Virus record (IMG/VR): IMGVR_UViG_3300020171_000002
DNA from: an uncultured virus (IMG/VR IMGVR_UViG_3300020171_000002)
Taxonomy: Duplodnaviria; Heunggongvirae; Uroviricota; Caudoviricetes
Length of the DNA: 57,933 nucleotides
Reading direction: 5' to 3' (one strand)
Numbering within the stretch: position 1 is the stretch's first letter; the number at the start of each line of letters is the position of its first letter. The notes under the pieces are model-generated. The model saw nothing but the letters and a program-made list of their open reading frames with translations, ran no database searches and was not told the origin of the DNA. Shown piece after piece: positions 20,630 to 30,658 of the stretch. The translations under genes and the position numbers were made by a program.

Positions 20630-21121
20630 ATGGGGATAAAATTAATTAGTGACAATTTGATTGATTCTTTATTGGCACAATGGGCGCATGAAAAATATAA
20701 CTCACATTTGTATTTATATATATCTTCTTTCTTGAAAAATAAGGGATTAAACCATTTGGGGAGTAAGTTTTATGATCAATATAAGGAAGAAAACGAACAT
20801 TCTGAAATGATTATAAGTTTATTAACTGATCTAAACGCAATGGTAATGCTTCCTGAAATTGATGAAGTAAACTTTCCAATTAGTTCCATTTTAGATATTG
20901 CTGAAAAATACTTGTTAAAAGAATATGAAACCACTACAAGTTTGGATGAAATTAAAAAATTATCAATAGATGAATCAAATCCAGTTGTAGAAGAGTTTAT
21001 GAGAGAAATGATTGCACTTCAAAGACATGAGTATGAAGAAGCAAATGACTTTATGGACAAATCTGAATTAACGGGAAACAATTGGTTTAATGTATTCCTT
21101 TGGGATTTGGGAGAAAAATAA
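20630..21121 (+). CDS. ftn: Ferritin
   Basis: HEKYNSHLY, EENEH, KEYETT and QRHEYEE ferroxidase-centre pattern, 163 aa. Confidence 0.85.
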   Translation: MGIKLISDNLIDSLLAQWAHEKYNSHLYLYISSFLKNKGLNHLGSKFYDQYKEENEHSEMIISLLTDLNAMVMLPEIDEVNFPISSILDIAEKYLLKEYETTTSLDEIKKLSIDESNPVVEEFMREMIALQRHEYEEANDFMDKSELTGNNWFNVFLWDLGEK

Positions 21122-21321
21122 TGTATATTATTAATCCTACTCAAGAACAATTAAATTCGTGGTTTTCCTGTAATAAAAAAATGGGCGAATATTTAATTTA
21201 TAAATTAGGCGCAGTTTTAATTCATAAAAATAAAGATAAATATTATTTTGTTAATAATTATTCATTAAAAGAAAAATTAAAACAAGTTCCCTTTTATTTA
21301 AAAATATTGAATTCTATATGA
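21121..21321 (+). CDS. Small hypothetical protein
   Basis: ATG overlaps the ferritin stop. Confidence 0.6.
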   Translation: MYIINPTQEQLNSWFSCNKKMGEYLIYKLGAVLIHKNKDKYYFVNNYSLKEKLKQVPFYLKILNSI

Positions 21322-21367
21322 AGATTGAGAAGAGATTTTATAAGTCCTTCTGGAAAGGAGGAAAAAT

Positions 21368-23197
21368 GTGAGTGTTAATAAGCATCTGTTGTTTGATATT
21401 GAAAATGCAGAAGTAGTAGAAGAAAATGAATCTTCTCAATTTGCAACTATAAAAATTTTTGCTTTTAATACTGGTTGGAATAGACATGATTTATATTGTT
21501 CATTAGAAACATTAAAAAACACTGCTTCATCAATATATGATAAGCCTGTAATCTATTCTTTTTCTAAATTATTTCGTGATTTTGATTCTCATACCGATCC
21601 TGATAAATCTTTTATTGCTGGCTTTGTAGTTAGAGATTCTACGGAATTTGTTGAATTGGAAGATGGAAGAACTTCATTGTCTGTTTTAGCTAAGATATGG
21701 AAAATGTATGCTCCTCAATTTATGCAATTATTAAAAGAATCAGAAAATCATGAAAAAAAAGTTTCCGTTGAAATGGAATTAAAAGATTATGCTGAGATGG
21801 AAAATGGAGAAGAAATGCTCGATTTTGAGTATTCTGCTGTTTGCGTATTAGGTGATCTCATTACTGAAGCTAGTCCTGGTGCTCATTTAGAGGTTCTTAG
21901 TTTTGCAAAAAAAGAATATGAAAAAGCATTGCATTTAGAGTTTTCAAGAATGTATGACGAAATTGACTTTTCCATTCCAGAAGAAGTAAAAAACAATGCT
22001 CAAAAAGGTCTTAGTCTTCGTAAGCAATATAATCGTGGTGGAACTTCTGTTGGGTTGGCAACTGCCAGATACTTGATAAAAAATAAAAGTGCAACTCCAG
22101 AAAAAATAAGACAAATAGCAAAATACTTTCCAAGACATTCTAAAGATAATCTTAATGATAAAACATCTAATGGATGGATTGCCTGGATGCTTTGGGGTGG
22201 AAATTCAGGAAGAACATGGTCTATTGACATTGTTGAAAAAATGAATGAAATAGATGAAAGAGAAATGGCTTATTTTTCTGATATTGAAAATTTTGAGAAG
22301 GTTACTTTTCCCTATAAGAACAAGTCGGAAATGAATCCCGCCCTAAAAGGGATAAATCCCCCTATTTCCGTATCTCAAGCAAATGAAATAGCAAAACAGG
22401 CTGAAACAATTGGTTCAGATGATAAAAAAAATGGTTGGGCTATAGCTATTTCAAACTTTAAAAAAACTCATAGAGTTGAAGATGGGAAATGGGTAAGAAA
22501 GGAGAAATCAAAAAATATGGAAGAAGAAAAAAAAGACTTTGAAAAAGAACCCGAAGAAGAAGGCAAAGAAAAAATGGCTGAAAAACCAGAAGAAAAAAGC
22601 AAAGAAGAAGAAATGGCTGAGAAAAAAGAAAATGAAGAATCTGAAAATGAAAAAGTAGAAGATGAAGAAACTTCTGAATCAGAAGACATGTCTTTGGATG
22701 CCAATTTAGATGTTAAAGCTATTTTAGCTTTTCTTCAAGAAGAAACAGAAGATTATAAATCTTTAGCTGCTGAATTTTCAGATGAAAAAGAAACCAAGAA
22801 TTTTTCAAAAATGACTCATTATATGTTTGAAAAAATGAAAAAAATGGCAGAACAACTAAAGAATAAAGAATCTGAAGCAAGTTCTTATATGGCTGAAAAT
22901 GAAGAGTTGAAGAAATATAAGAAAGAAAAAGAAGATGAACAATTTAATTTTTCCGTTGATTCTATTTTAAAGAAGATTGAAGAAAAAACTGAAATTCCAA
23001 AAGATGAGTTGAGTTCTTTAAAAGAAAAATCTAAAGAATTTAGTTTAGAAAATATTTCCGTTTGGGAAAATTTAGCAAAAGCTAGAGCGTTAGATTTTGC
23101 AATTAAAAAGGATTCAAAGAAAGAGGAAGAAGAACCTCGTTATGCTTGGGATTCGGCAAATAACAATAAACCAGTTACCACAAGTTTCTGGAAATAA
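21368..23197 (+). CDS. Prohead protease/scaffold (YonD-like) with inserted domains
   Basis: N-terminal FDSH...VSVEM...VCVLG protease-like region and a charged coiled-coil C-terminus, placed before the capsid genes. Confidence 0.7.
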   Translation: MSVNKHLLFDIENAEVVEENESSQFATIKIFAFNTGWNRHDLYCSLETLKNTASSIYDKPVIYSFSKLFRDFDSHTDPDKSFIAGFVVRDSTEFVELEDGRTSLSVLAKIWKMYAPQFMQLLKESENHEKKVSVEMELKDYAEMENGEEMLDFEYSAVCVLGDLITEASPGAHLEVLSFAKKEYEKALHLEFSRMYDEIDFSIPEEVKNNAQKGLSLRKQYNRGGTSVGLATARYLIKNKSATPEKIRQIAKYFPRHSKDNLNDKTSNGWIAWMLWGGNSGRTWSIDIVEKMNEIDEREMAYFSDIENFEKVTFPYKNKSEMNPALKGINPPISVSQANEIAKQAETIGSDDKKNGWAIAISNFKKTHRVEDGKWVRKEKSKNMEEEKKDFEKEPEEEGKEKMAEKPEEKSKEEEMAEKKENEESENEKVEDEETSESEDMSLDANLDVKAILAFLQEETEDYKSLAAEFSDEKETKNFSKMTHYMFEKMKKMAEQLKNKESEASSYMAENEELKKYKKEKEDEQFNFSVDSILKKIEEKTEIPKDELSSLKEKSKEFSLENISVWENLAKARALDFAIKKDSKKEEEEPRYAWDSANNNKPVTTSFWK

Positions 23198-23210
23198 TAG
23201 GAGGTAAAAT

Positions 23211-23753
23211 ATGGCATATGCAGTTATTGAATTAAATCAAGTTGCAGCTACTGATGTGGGAATTTATAATCGAACAGCAACGAGTGGTAGCAATTTGGAA
23301 CAAGGTACTTTAATTCGTTTAGATACTCTTTCAAGTGGATCTGGACAGAATGAGGTGTTTACCGCAACTCAAATTGCAACTGGCAGTTTGGTTGATGTGT
23401 GGATGGTCAATGGACAGATAATTCCTTTCTTGGCTTCCGCAGATGGAGAAATTTTTAATCAGGGTTCTGAAGATCCACGTAATTTTTACAATCCTGCAAA
23501 TCGTGTATTCGATGCTTTTAAGCCCGTACCAGGCGATATTGTAACATTAAGTGAAGATTGTTTTACTGGTGCAAAATCCACTAACACTCATGCTAATGCT
23601 ACGACTGGCACTTGGCAGTTGGTTTGGGGGGCGGTACATGCTCCTGATGCTTTATGCTTTAAATACTTAGCTACAAAATGGATCTCTATTGGTAATCCTG
23701 CTGTTGCAAGTGGCAGAGTTACAGCCTATCGAATGCAGTGTCTCGCTAACTAA
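23211..23753 (+). CDS. Minor capsid/decoration protein (YonC-like)
   Basis: Lies between scaffold and major capsid gene and has a strong RBS. Confidence 0.6.
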   Translation: MAYAVIELNQVAATDVGIYNRTATSGSNLEQGTLIRLDTLSSGSGQNEVFTATQIATGSLVDVWMVNGQIIPFLASADGEIFNQGSEDPRNFYNPANRVFDAFKPVPGDIVTLSEDCFTGAKSTNTHANATTGTWQLVWGAVHAPDALCFKYLATKWISIGNPAVASGRVTAYRMQCLAN

Positions 23754-23806
23754 TGTTGGGCTTTCCGCATTATATAGTAAATAAAAAAAAATAAGGAGGA
23801 AATGAT

Positions 23807-24922
23807 ATGCAAATTCCGAATAATATTGTTCATTTCGCTGTTGGGAATCCCACATTATATAATAAGATGATCCCTGACTGGTGGAATCACTACAAGTCTT
23901 TACAGGACAAAACTCGAAACTATGAGTTCGCCAAATCGAACGACAAAGGTGAATTAATTACTTTTGAGGAAAAAGAAAAACAAATTACTGATGCAATTAT
24001 TAAAGAAGCAATGAAACGAACCAACGTTCCTTATCTTGCAGAAGCTCCGGCTGATCAAATCTTTAATCATCAGGGTTTGCGTAATGAAATCTTTGCTGTT
24101 GTGGCAAGTATTGTTGATATGATTATTCCACAGACTCTAATTGATTCTATTAGTTTATATTCCGATGTTCGTACTATTGGATTTGGTGATAATGCTCAAT
24201 TTGATGTTGAATCTAATGATCTGTTTTCTGTTTCTCAAATTGGTCGTGGTCAGAGAAATTCTTTTGCCTACAAACAATTTATGGGAACAAAAACTGTAAC
24301 TCCAGTAAATCACGCATTAACTGTTTATGCTGATTTATATCGTGTGTTAGCTGGAAAAGAATCACTTGCCAAATTGGTTACAAAAGTTATTCGTTCTATG
24401 GAAACCGCTATGCGGAATGATGTGTACGATGCTTTTGCTGCTATGGCTGCTGCTTTACCAACTACAGCTACAACTGGTTTACAGGTTGCTGGATACTCAC
24501 AAGATTCATTGATGCGCTTATGTGAACAGGTTACTGCTTGGAATAACGGTAATAAAGCAATGATTGTTGGTACTGCACGTGCATTAGTAAATGTTTTACC
24601 AAATGACGCTAATTATCGTTACACTTTAGATGATCCTTATATGACTCTTGGTCATGTTCGAACCGCTTTTGGTTATGATGTAATGGAACTTCCACAAGTT
24701 GCCAATCATGATACCGAATGGGCTTTGAAAATTGATACAGATCGTCTTTGGATTTTATCTCCTGCTTCTCAGAAATTTGTTAAATTAGTGTTAGAGGGTT
24801 CAACCCTTTCTATTACTGATTCTGTTTATGAGAACCGTAATTTAATTCAACGTGCAACTATGCATAAGTCTTGGGGTTCAGCCGTCTGTAGCAACGCAAT
24901 TGCAGGAGTATTAACACTATAA
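23807..24922 (+). CDS. Major capsid protein (YonB-like)
   Basis: 371 aa, position, strong RBS, and a large hairpin downstream. Confidence 0.8.
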   Translation: MQIPNNIVHFAVGNPTLYNKMIPDWWNHYKSLQDKTRNYEFAKSNDKGELITFEEKEKQITDAIIKEAMKRTNVPYLAEAPADQIFNHQGLRNEIFAVVASIVDMIIPQTLIDSISLYSDVRTIGFGDNAQFDVESNDLFSVSQIGRGQRNSFAYKQFMGTKTVTPVNHALTVYADLYRVLAGKESLAKLVTKVIRSMETAMRNDVYDAFAAMAAALPTTATTGLQVAGYSQDSLMRLCEQVTAWNNGNKAMIVGTARALVNVLPNDANYRYTLDDPYMTLGHVRTAFGYDVMELPQVANHDTEWALKIDTDRLWILSPASQKFVKLVLEGSTLSITDSVYENRNLIQRATMHKSWGSAVCSNAIAGVLTL

Positions 24923-24960
24923 AGATAAACTTTGTCTGAATTGTAATGGACAAATAGTAT

Positions 24961-24987
24961 GGAGAGGGATTATTACAATCCCTCTCC
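24961..24987 (+). terminator. Stable hairpin after the capsid gene (no U-tract)
   Basis: GGAGAGGGATT/AATCCCTCTCC. Confidence 0.55.
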
Positions 24988-25040
24988 TACAAAAAACTAA
25001 GAAAAAATTAATTATATAATATAAAAAAGGAGTTTTTGCA

Positions 25041-25793
25041 ATGGCAACAAGAGGAAGACCTCCAAAAGATAAATCGCAAAATGCGGAAAATAAAAGTTTA
25101 ACTGAAAATTCTCAGGTAAAATCTACAGAAGAAGAAACTATAGTTATTAAAAAAACAGAACTAGAAAATATTTATAAAATGATTGAAGATCTTCAAAATA
25201 ATATAAAAAATAATTCTAATTTAGTAGCTAAAAAAAATTCTGAAGATGACATAGAGGAAAATTATGTTTACGAAGAAGAGGAAGAAGTTCCTTTGAATTC
25301 TTATATAAAAGTAATGTCTTTAATTCCATATGAATTAAATATAAGTACAGAAAGACACGGAAAAGGAAGGATATTTACTTTTAGAGGATATGGTAAAACA
25401 AAGAGAATCATTTATCAAGAGTTAGAAAAAATAATTGAAGAAAATAGACATTTTCTTGAAAGAGGATTTTTCGTTATTTTAGACAAGAGGGTTGTTAGAA
25501 AACATGGTCTGGACGATATTTATAAAAATATTATGAATAAAGAAAAGATGGATATGATACTTTTGGGGTTTCAAGGTGGTGATGTAAAAGAAAATGATAT
25601 TTTAACTTTTGCAAAATCAGCACCAAAAGAACAGCAAAAAATTCTAGCAACCATGATTATTGATAAAAGAATTAATGGTGAAGAAATAGATTTAAATTTA
25701 TTTGATAAGTTAGGCAGAATAATGAATATGGATTTGAATCAAAAATATGAAGATTCTGTTGCATTTTTAGAAATTACAAAAAATAAAGTGTAG
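25041..25793 (+). CDS. Hypothetical head-module protein (YonA-like position)
   Basis: 250-aa ORF with RBS. Confidence 0.7.
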   Translation: MATRGRPPKDKSQNAENKSLTENSQVKSTEEETIVIKKTELENIYKMIEDLQNNIKNNSNLVAKKNSEDDIEENYVYEEEEEVPLNSYIKVMSLIPYELNISTERHGKGRIFTFRGYGKTKRIIYQELEKIIEENRHFLERGFFVILDKRVVRKHGLDDIYKNIMNKEKMDMILLGFQGGDVKENDILTFAKSAPKEQQKILATMIIDKRINGEEIDLNLFDKLGRIMNMDLNQKYEDSVAFLEITKNKV

Positions 25794-25913
25794 TAATAAA
25801 TATTAAATTTTTATATATAGCCTCTTTATTAGAGGCTATTTACTTAGAAAATATATTGAATTGACGAAATTGTCATTTTCAATTTAAAAATAAAATTTTT
25901 GAAAGGAGGTTTT

Positions 25914-26375
25914 ATGGGAACTTCTGCTGAAGATGTTTTTGATTTGTTTTTAAGTTTAAATGAAGATTATAGAATAGCAACAGTTTATAATTCTTCTGGA
26001 AGTTCAGCCTTAAATACTTATTTAGAGCCTTGGCTACTCTTTTCAATAGATATGTTTGATGTTTGCGATCAGTCTTTAGAATATTCTACAACTACTCAAA
26101 GTTTTACCGTAGATTTATCTCAAAAAAATAAAAATTTATTAGCTGAGATAATGATATTGTTTTGGCTACAAAAAACTGTTCAAGATGTTTTGCAGATGAA
26201 TAATTTTATACAAGATAGAGATTTTAAGATTCATTCAAACGCACAAAACTTGAGAGAAAAACAATTATTATATAATAATAAAAGATCTGAAATTAGTCAA
26301 AAATTAATGAATTATAAATTAAAAGATGCGGATATGTGGAATGCCTGGTTTGACCAGGATTTTTCAGCATATTAG
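25914..26375 (+). CDS. Putative head-tail connector (YomZ-like)
   Basis: Size and position, with DFKIHSNAQNL and a GGAGG RBS. Confidence 0.6.
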   Translation: MGTSAEDVFDLFLSLNEDYRIATVYNSSGSSALNTYLEPWLLFSIDMFDVCDQSLEYSTTTQSFTVDLSQKNKNLLAEIMILFWLQKTVQDVLQMNNFIQDRDFKIHSNAQNLREKQLLYNNKRSEISQKLMNYKLKDADMWNAWFDQDFSAY

Positions 26376-26385
26376 GAGAATGCCT

Positions 26386-27657
26386 ATGTCATATAAATAT
26401 TTTTTATCTGGATATCCACTAATTACGCAGACTCCAAATGTATCATGGAAAGGTAATTTTGATTCTTTTTTAGATGCTGATTTTTATAATTCTCCAAATG
26501 TTTACACAATTCAAGAAGAAACCGTTTTTTCGTCTGGATCTTTAGTGGATGTGGATGCGAGAATTACAACCGCAATATCAAATGATACTGGAATGAAATT
26601 AAGTGATGATTTTAAACAGTTATTGTTTAAATCTGATCATACTGTTGGACTTGGTTATAAATATTATTTTGATAGTAATTATTGGATTGCTACAAATGTA
26701 AATGTAATAAAATCAATTACTGTGACAGCATTGGCACGAAGATGTAATAATGTTTTACGATGGACTGATCAAAATGGAATTATTTATGAAGAACCATGTA
26801 TAATTGATTACAAAATTGCTTCTCCTAATAATAATACAACCGATCCAATTACTGGCGAAGGTACAATTCATATATTTGCTCAACAAAATACTAAAACCAA
26901 TAAGATAAAAGAGAATCAGAGATTTCTATTTGGAAATTCAAATAATTGGATGTGCTATCGTGTTTATGGAGGTGGAGTCAAAAATTATTTAAATAATTCA
27001 TCAATTGACAATAATACGTCAACGGTTATGGAACTTGTTTTAGGGAAAAATTCTGTTAATGAAGATACAGATGATTTGGTAAATGGAATTGCAGATGCCA
27101 ATAAAATTGTCTTTTCATTGGTTACTTCTCCATCTGCTATTATTGGTGGAATTGGAGATAGTTTTGAATTGGAAAGTGTGGTTACATTAAATGAATTGAT
27201 TATTAGTAAAAATGTTCTATATTCTACAAGTTCATCTAGTGTTGCAACTGTTTCAGGAAGTGGTGTTGTGAATATTTTGTCTACGGGTTCTTGTGTAATT
27301 CGATCTTATTTAGAAGATAACTCAAGTGTCTATGATACTATATCGGTTGTTTCATCTAGTGCTATCATTGAAAGTGATATTAGAATAACTCCTAGTGATA
27401 GATATGTATTAGAAGGAGACACAGAAAATTATTCTGTTACCTTATATCAAAATGGTGTTTTGCAAGCAGATACTTTCTCTATTTCTCTGTATGATAATAA
27501 TGTTCCTGATTCAAAATATACTCTTACTCAAATAGATGGAAATAATTTCTCTATAAAAAATAATGAAATGTTTTTGGATTATCCACTAATATTGACTCTT
27601 ACTTCTAGTGGATCTGTTACTAAAAATCTGAGTATAGAATTAAAGGGAGCATGGTGA
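26386..27657 (+). CDS. Neck/head-closure protein with Ig-like domains (YomX-like)
   Basis: RRCNNVLRW motif and a Big_2-like YSTSSSSVATVSGSGVV segment. Confidence 0.65.
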   Translation: MSYKYFLSGYPLITQTPNVSWKGNFDSFLDADFYNSPNVYTIQEETVFSSGSLVDVDARITTAISNDTGMKLSDDFKQLLFKSDHTVGLGYKYYFDSNYWIATNVNVIKSITVTALARRCNNVLRWTDQNGIIYEEPCIIDYKIASPNNNTTDPITGEGTIHIFAQQNTKTNKIKENQRFLFGNSNNWMCYRVYGGGVKNYLNNSSIDNNTSTVMELVLGKNSVNEDTDDLVNGIADANKIVFSLVTSPSAIIGGIGDSFELESVVTLNELIISKNVLYSTSSSSVATVSGSGVVNILSTGSCVIRSYLEDNSSVYDTISVVSSSAIIESDIRITPSDRYVLEGDTENYSVTLYQNGVLQADTFSISLYDNNVPDSKYTLTQIDGNNFSIKNNEMFLDYPLILTLTSSGSVTKNLSIELKGAW

Positions 27658-27664
27658 TAATAAT

Positions 27665-29800
27665 ATGACAAATCCTTATCCTATTACTCCGAGACAATTA
27701 GATTTAGTTAATTTATCTGGAAGTCATTTAACAGAACAGGGGGTTTATCCAAATATAAAAATGGGTGTTGTTGCTAGTAATAATGTTTCTGGTGTAAGTA
27801 CTGAAACAGTATTAAAAAGTACGGCTTCTGGAGGAATTACTCTAGGTTCTTTAAATGTTCAAGGAAACAGTGTATTAAGAAATGTTTTACCAGAAAGTCC
27901 AGATACATATGATTTAGGATCTTCTATCAACTTATGGAGAAAAGGTTGGTTAAGTGAATTAGATACAATTCTTTTTGCTGAAAATACTGCTGCATTAGTT
28001 GGAGGATGGTTAATCATTGGAAAAAATCAAGGTTCGATTCCTTCTTTTGTAGATTCTACTGATACAACTATAGATTTTGGTAAAACTATGGTTGTAGGAG
28101 GATCTTCTGTTTTTAGATCTTCTTTACAAGTTGAATATATTGGAACAGGTTCTTTAGCTTCTGGAAGTACAGTTTACAATGTGGTTCGAGATTTAGATGG
28201 AAGCGGTGCTAATGATTGGGTTGAAGGTAGTGTTTTTCTTGAGTTAGGGGAATCCGGAGATGGAAGAATTGAATTGAACGCCTATGATACTCCAAGAATT
28301 CAATTAATTCAACAGGGAGAAGCATATAATCAACAAAAGGAAATTATTAGAATTGGCGATTTAAATGGTAACTGGAATTATTCAGCAGAAGAATGGGGAG
28401 TTGCTATTGGATCATATGGAAGTGGAAGTGGCAATGTAACAATTGATTCAGTTAATGGAGTAAGAATAAATATTTATGATACACCAGTTATGGAATTTAA
28501 AAGTACGGGTGCGTTTATTAGTAATATACTCAATATGAGTGGGTCGAATGCGGCTATAGCTATAGGAGATCCTGTTCCTGTTTCAAGTGGTTCTGGTACT
28601 GGATTGTGGTTAGATAACACAGGATTATATGCGTTAAATACCGATGTGCAAAAAGCAGTATTAGATGATGTAGGATTACAATTTGGCAATGTATCTGGAT
28701 CATTTTTATCTTGGCTTGATGATGAGGGTGTAAATTTATCTGCCACTGATTATACCGGAGGAAGTCAACCAGATGATGCTCCAGGAAGTCAACTTCTTTG
28801 GAATAATCCATTGTCCACATATTCAACCAACCTTCCATATTCAGCCACTATGCAACAGTTTGTGTACGATTCAGGAAGTGGGAATATGAGTAGCCATTTA
28901 CAGGCAAGAGTAAGTGGATATGGGGCAGGAAATCCTCAGTTTTCTGTTGTTACTTCTAATTATACCGGATTAACAGGTGGATATATTGGAACATTTATTG
29001 TAAACAACACAAACGGTTCACATTATATATCTTATAGTGGGGTACTTGCGTCATATTTTTCCGGTATGTTTATAAATAATGATTTTACTATGGATTTGTA
29101 TGGAAATAGAGTTAATATACATGCTTTATCTCCTTGGCATAAATTAAATGAGGGATCAAATTATGTATCAATAACATATGTTAGTGCCACTTCAATACTT
29201 ATTACACAAGGAGATTATACAGACCTGTTTACTATTGGAACAAAAATTAAATTAGATCAAACTACCACCAAATTTTTCTATGTTTTGTCTAGTAGTTATG
29301 ATGCTGGAAATTATAGAACAACGGTAAATGTTACAGGAGTAGGAACATATACGGTAGCAAATGCAGCAATAAGTAATTTTTATTATAGTCATTCTGCTGA
29401 AGCTGATATGCCATTTGGTTCATCTACCTTCATCCCCCTTACCACTCCCCTTACCTCTACATCATGGGACGGTGATGCAAGAAGCACAACCGCTAAGACA
29501 CTGATTGATTTGTCAGCGGTGTTTGGCGCACCTGCTGGAATAAAGGCAGTTCTTGTTCGTATTCAGGCATGGGACAGTGCTTCGGCTGCTGCTACAGTCA
29601 ACTGGTTTGGACTGAGTCCAAATGGAACTGCCAATAGTTTAACAATTGTTAATAGATTACAGGGATTTCCAAATGATACAAGAACAGATATGACTGGAAT
29701 ATGTCCTTGTGATTCAAACGGAGATATATACTTCCAGTGTGCTGCAACGGGAGCATCTACCTTGGATGTAGTTATAGAAATTTATGGCTATTGGATATAA
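27665..29800 (+). CDS. Fibre/appendage protein
   Basis: PESPDTYDLGSSINLWRK fibre motif, G/S-rich beta body, and a distinct C-terminal tip domain. Confidence 0.7.
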   Translation: MTNPYPITPRQLDLVNLSGSHLTEQGVYPNIKMGVVASNNVSGVSTETVLKSTASGGITLGSLNVQGNSVLRNVLPESPDTYDLGSSINLWRKGWLSELDTILFAENTAALVGGWLIIGKNQGSIPSFVDSTDTTIDFGKTMVVGGSSVFRSSLQVEYIGTGSLASGSTVYNVVRDLDGSGANDWVEGSVFLELGESGDGRIELNAYDTPRIQLIQQGEAYNQQKEIIRIGDLNGNWNYSAEEWGVAIGSYGSGSGNVTIDSVNGVRINIYDTPVMEFKSTGAFISNILNMSGSNAAIAIGDPVPVSSGSGTGLWLDNTGLYALNTDVQKAVLDDVGLQFGNVSGSFLSWLDDEGVNLSATDYTGGSQPDDAPGSQLLWNNPLSTYSTNLPYSATMQQFVYDSGSGNMSSHLQARVSGYGAGNPQFSVVTSNYTGLTGGYIGTFIVNNTNGSHYISYSGVLASYFSGMFINNDFTMDLYGNRVNIHALSPWHKLNEGSNYVSITYVSATSILITQGDYTDLFTIGTKIKLDQTTTKFFYVLSSSYDAGNYRTTVNVTGVGTYTVANAAISNFYYSHSAEADMPFGSSTFIPLTTPLTSTSWDGDARSTTAKTLIDLSAVFGAPAGIKAVLVRIQAWDSASAAATVNWFGLSPNGTANSLTIVNRLQGFPNDTRTDMTGICPCDSNGDIYFQCAATGASTLDVVIEIYGYWI

Positions 29801-29808
29801 GGAGAAAT

Positions 29809-30357
29809 ATGACAGAATCTTATAATACTTATTCTTCTATTCCATTAATTTCCTATAATATAATTTCCTATTTAATTGATAATAACGAAACTATATTTAA
29901 ATTACTTTATTATAATGATTCAAATGCGTGGAGATCAGATTCTAATCATTCAAACTTATCAAAGGTTCAAAAAGGATCTTTAATATTTGATGGAATAAAA
30001 TCACAGACAGATTGTAGGATTTTTATGGATACAGGAAACGATGATTCTTGGCAAATTGAATCAACTCAATTAAGAGTTTCGGTGGTTAAAGGAATTCCTA
30101 CTAATCATGTTTTTGGCTATATAACGGTTGGATTTGAAGTTTATTCTCATTATAAAGTAAACACGTTGTCTAATTATACAACAAGAGATATGGTTATTTT
30201 ACAACAATTAATAGAAACATTAAATGGTAAAGAAATTGATGGTATTGGAACATTGTTTTTTGATTATCGACAAGGTGGAGAATCTAAATTTATTAATATT
30301 GGCATTCCTCCATATAAGGGTAAAGGATTAACAATGTGCAATTATGTCTTGAAGTAA
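29809..30357 (+). CDS. Putative tail completion protein (YomW-like)
   Basis: Position and the IFKLLYY motif. Confidence 0.55.
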   Translation: MTESYNTYSSIPLISYNIISYLIDNNETIFKLLYYNDSNAWRSDSNHSNLSKVQKGSLIFDGIKSQTDCRIFMDTGNDDSWQIESTQLRVSVVKGIPTNHVFGYITVGFEVYSHYKVNTLSNYTTRDMVILQQLIETLNGKEIDGIGTLFFDYRQGGESKFINIGIPPYKGKGLTMCNYVLK

Positions 30358-30372
30358 AATCAGGATTTTATT

Positions 30373-30650
30373 GTAACCTACCACGGGATAAATCCCGTAG
30401 CTTTTGAAAAAAAGATACAAGGTTAACCAGATCATTAACAGGAGGTAAAAATTGTTAATAAACGATAGGAAAGAAAATAGGAACAAAAGTGTATCGCACC
30501 AGCACTTTTCTCTTCGGATACAGATTAAAAGTCCTGTGATGGTAGGGACAGTGTTTGTATCGTTAAACCTTTCCATATCTGATCGAGGTGAAGTCGGATT
30601 CTAATGCAACTTCGATGCATTGGATACGCATAACCCTATTTATAGGAGGA
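30373..30650 (+). ncRNA. omegaRNA scaffold of IscB
   Basis: About 280-nt non-coding region upstream of iscB, starting GTAACCTACC plus hairpin as in known omegaRNA 5' ends. Confidence 0.75.
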
Positions 30651-30658
30651 TTTAACTG

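Noticed and set aside
30373..30658. IscB element as an IStron
   Set aside because: The upstream region is only omegaRNA-sized, and I found no group I P7 elements.
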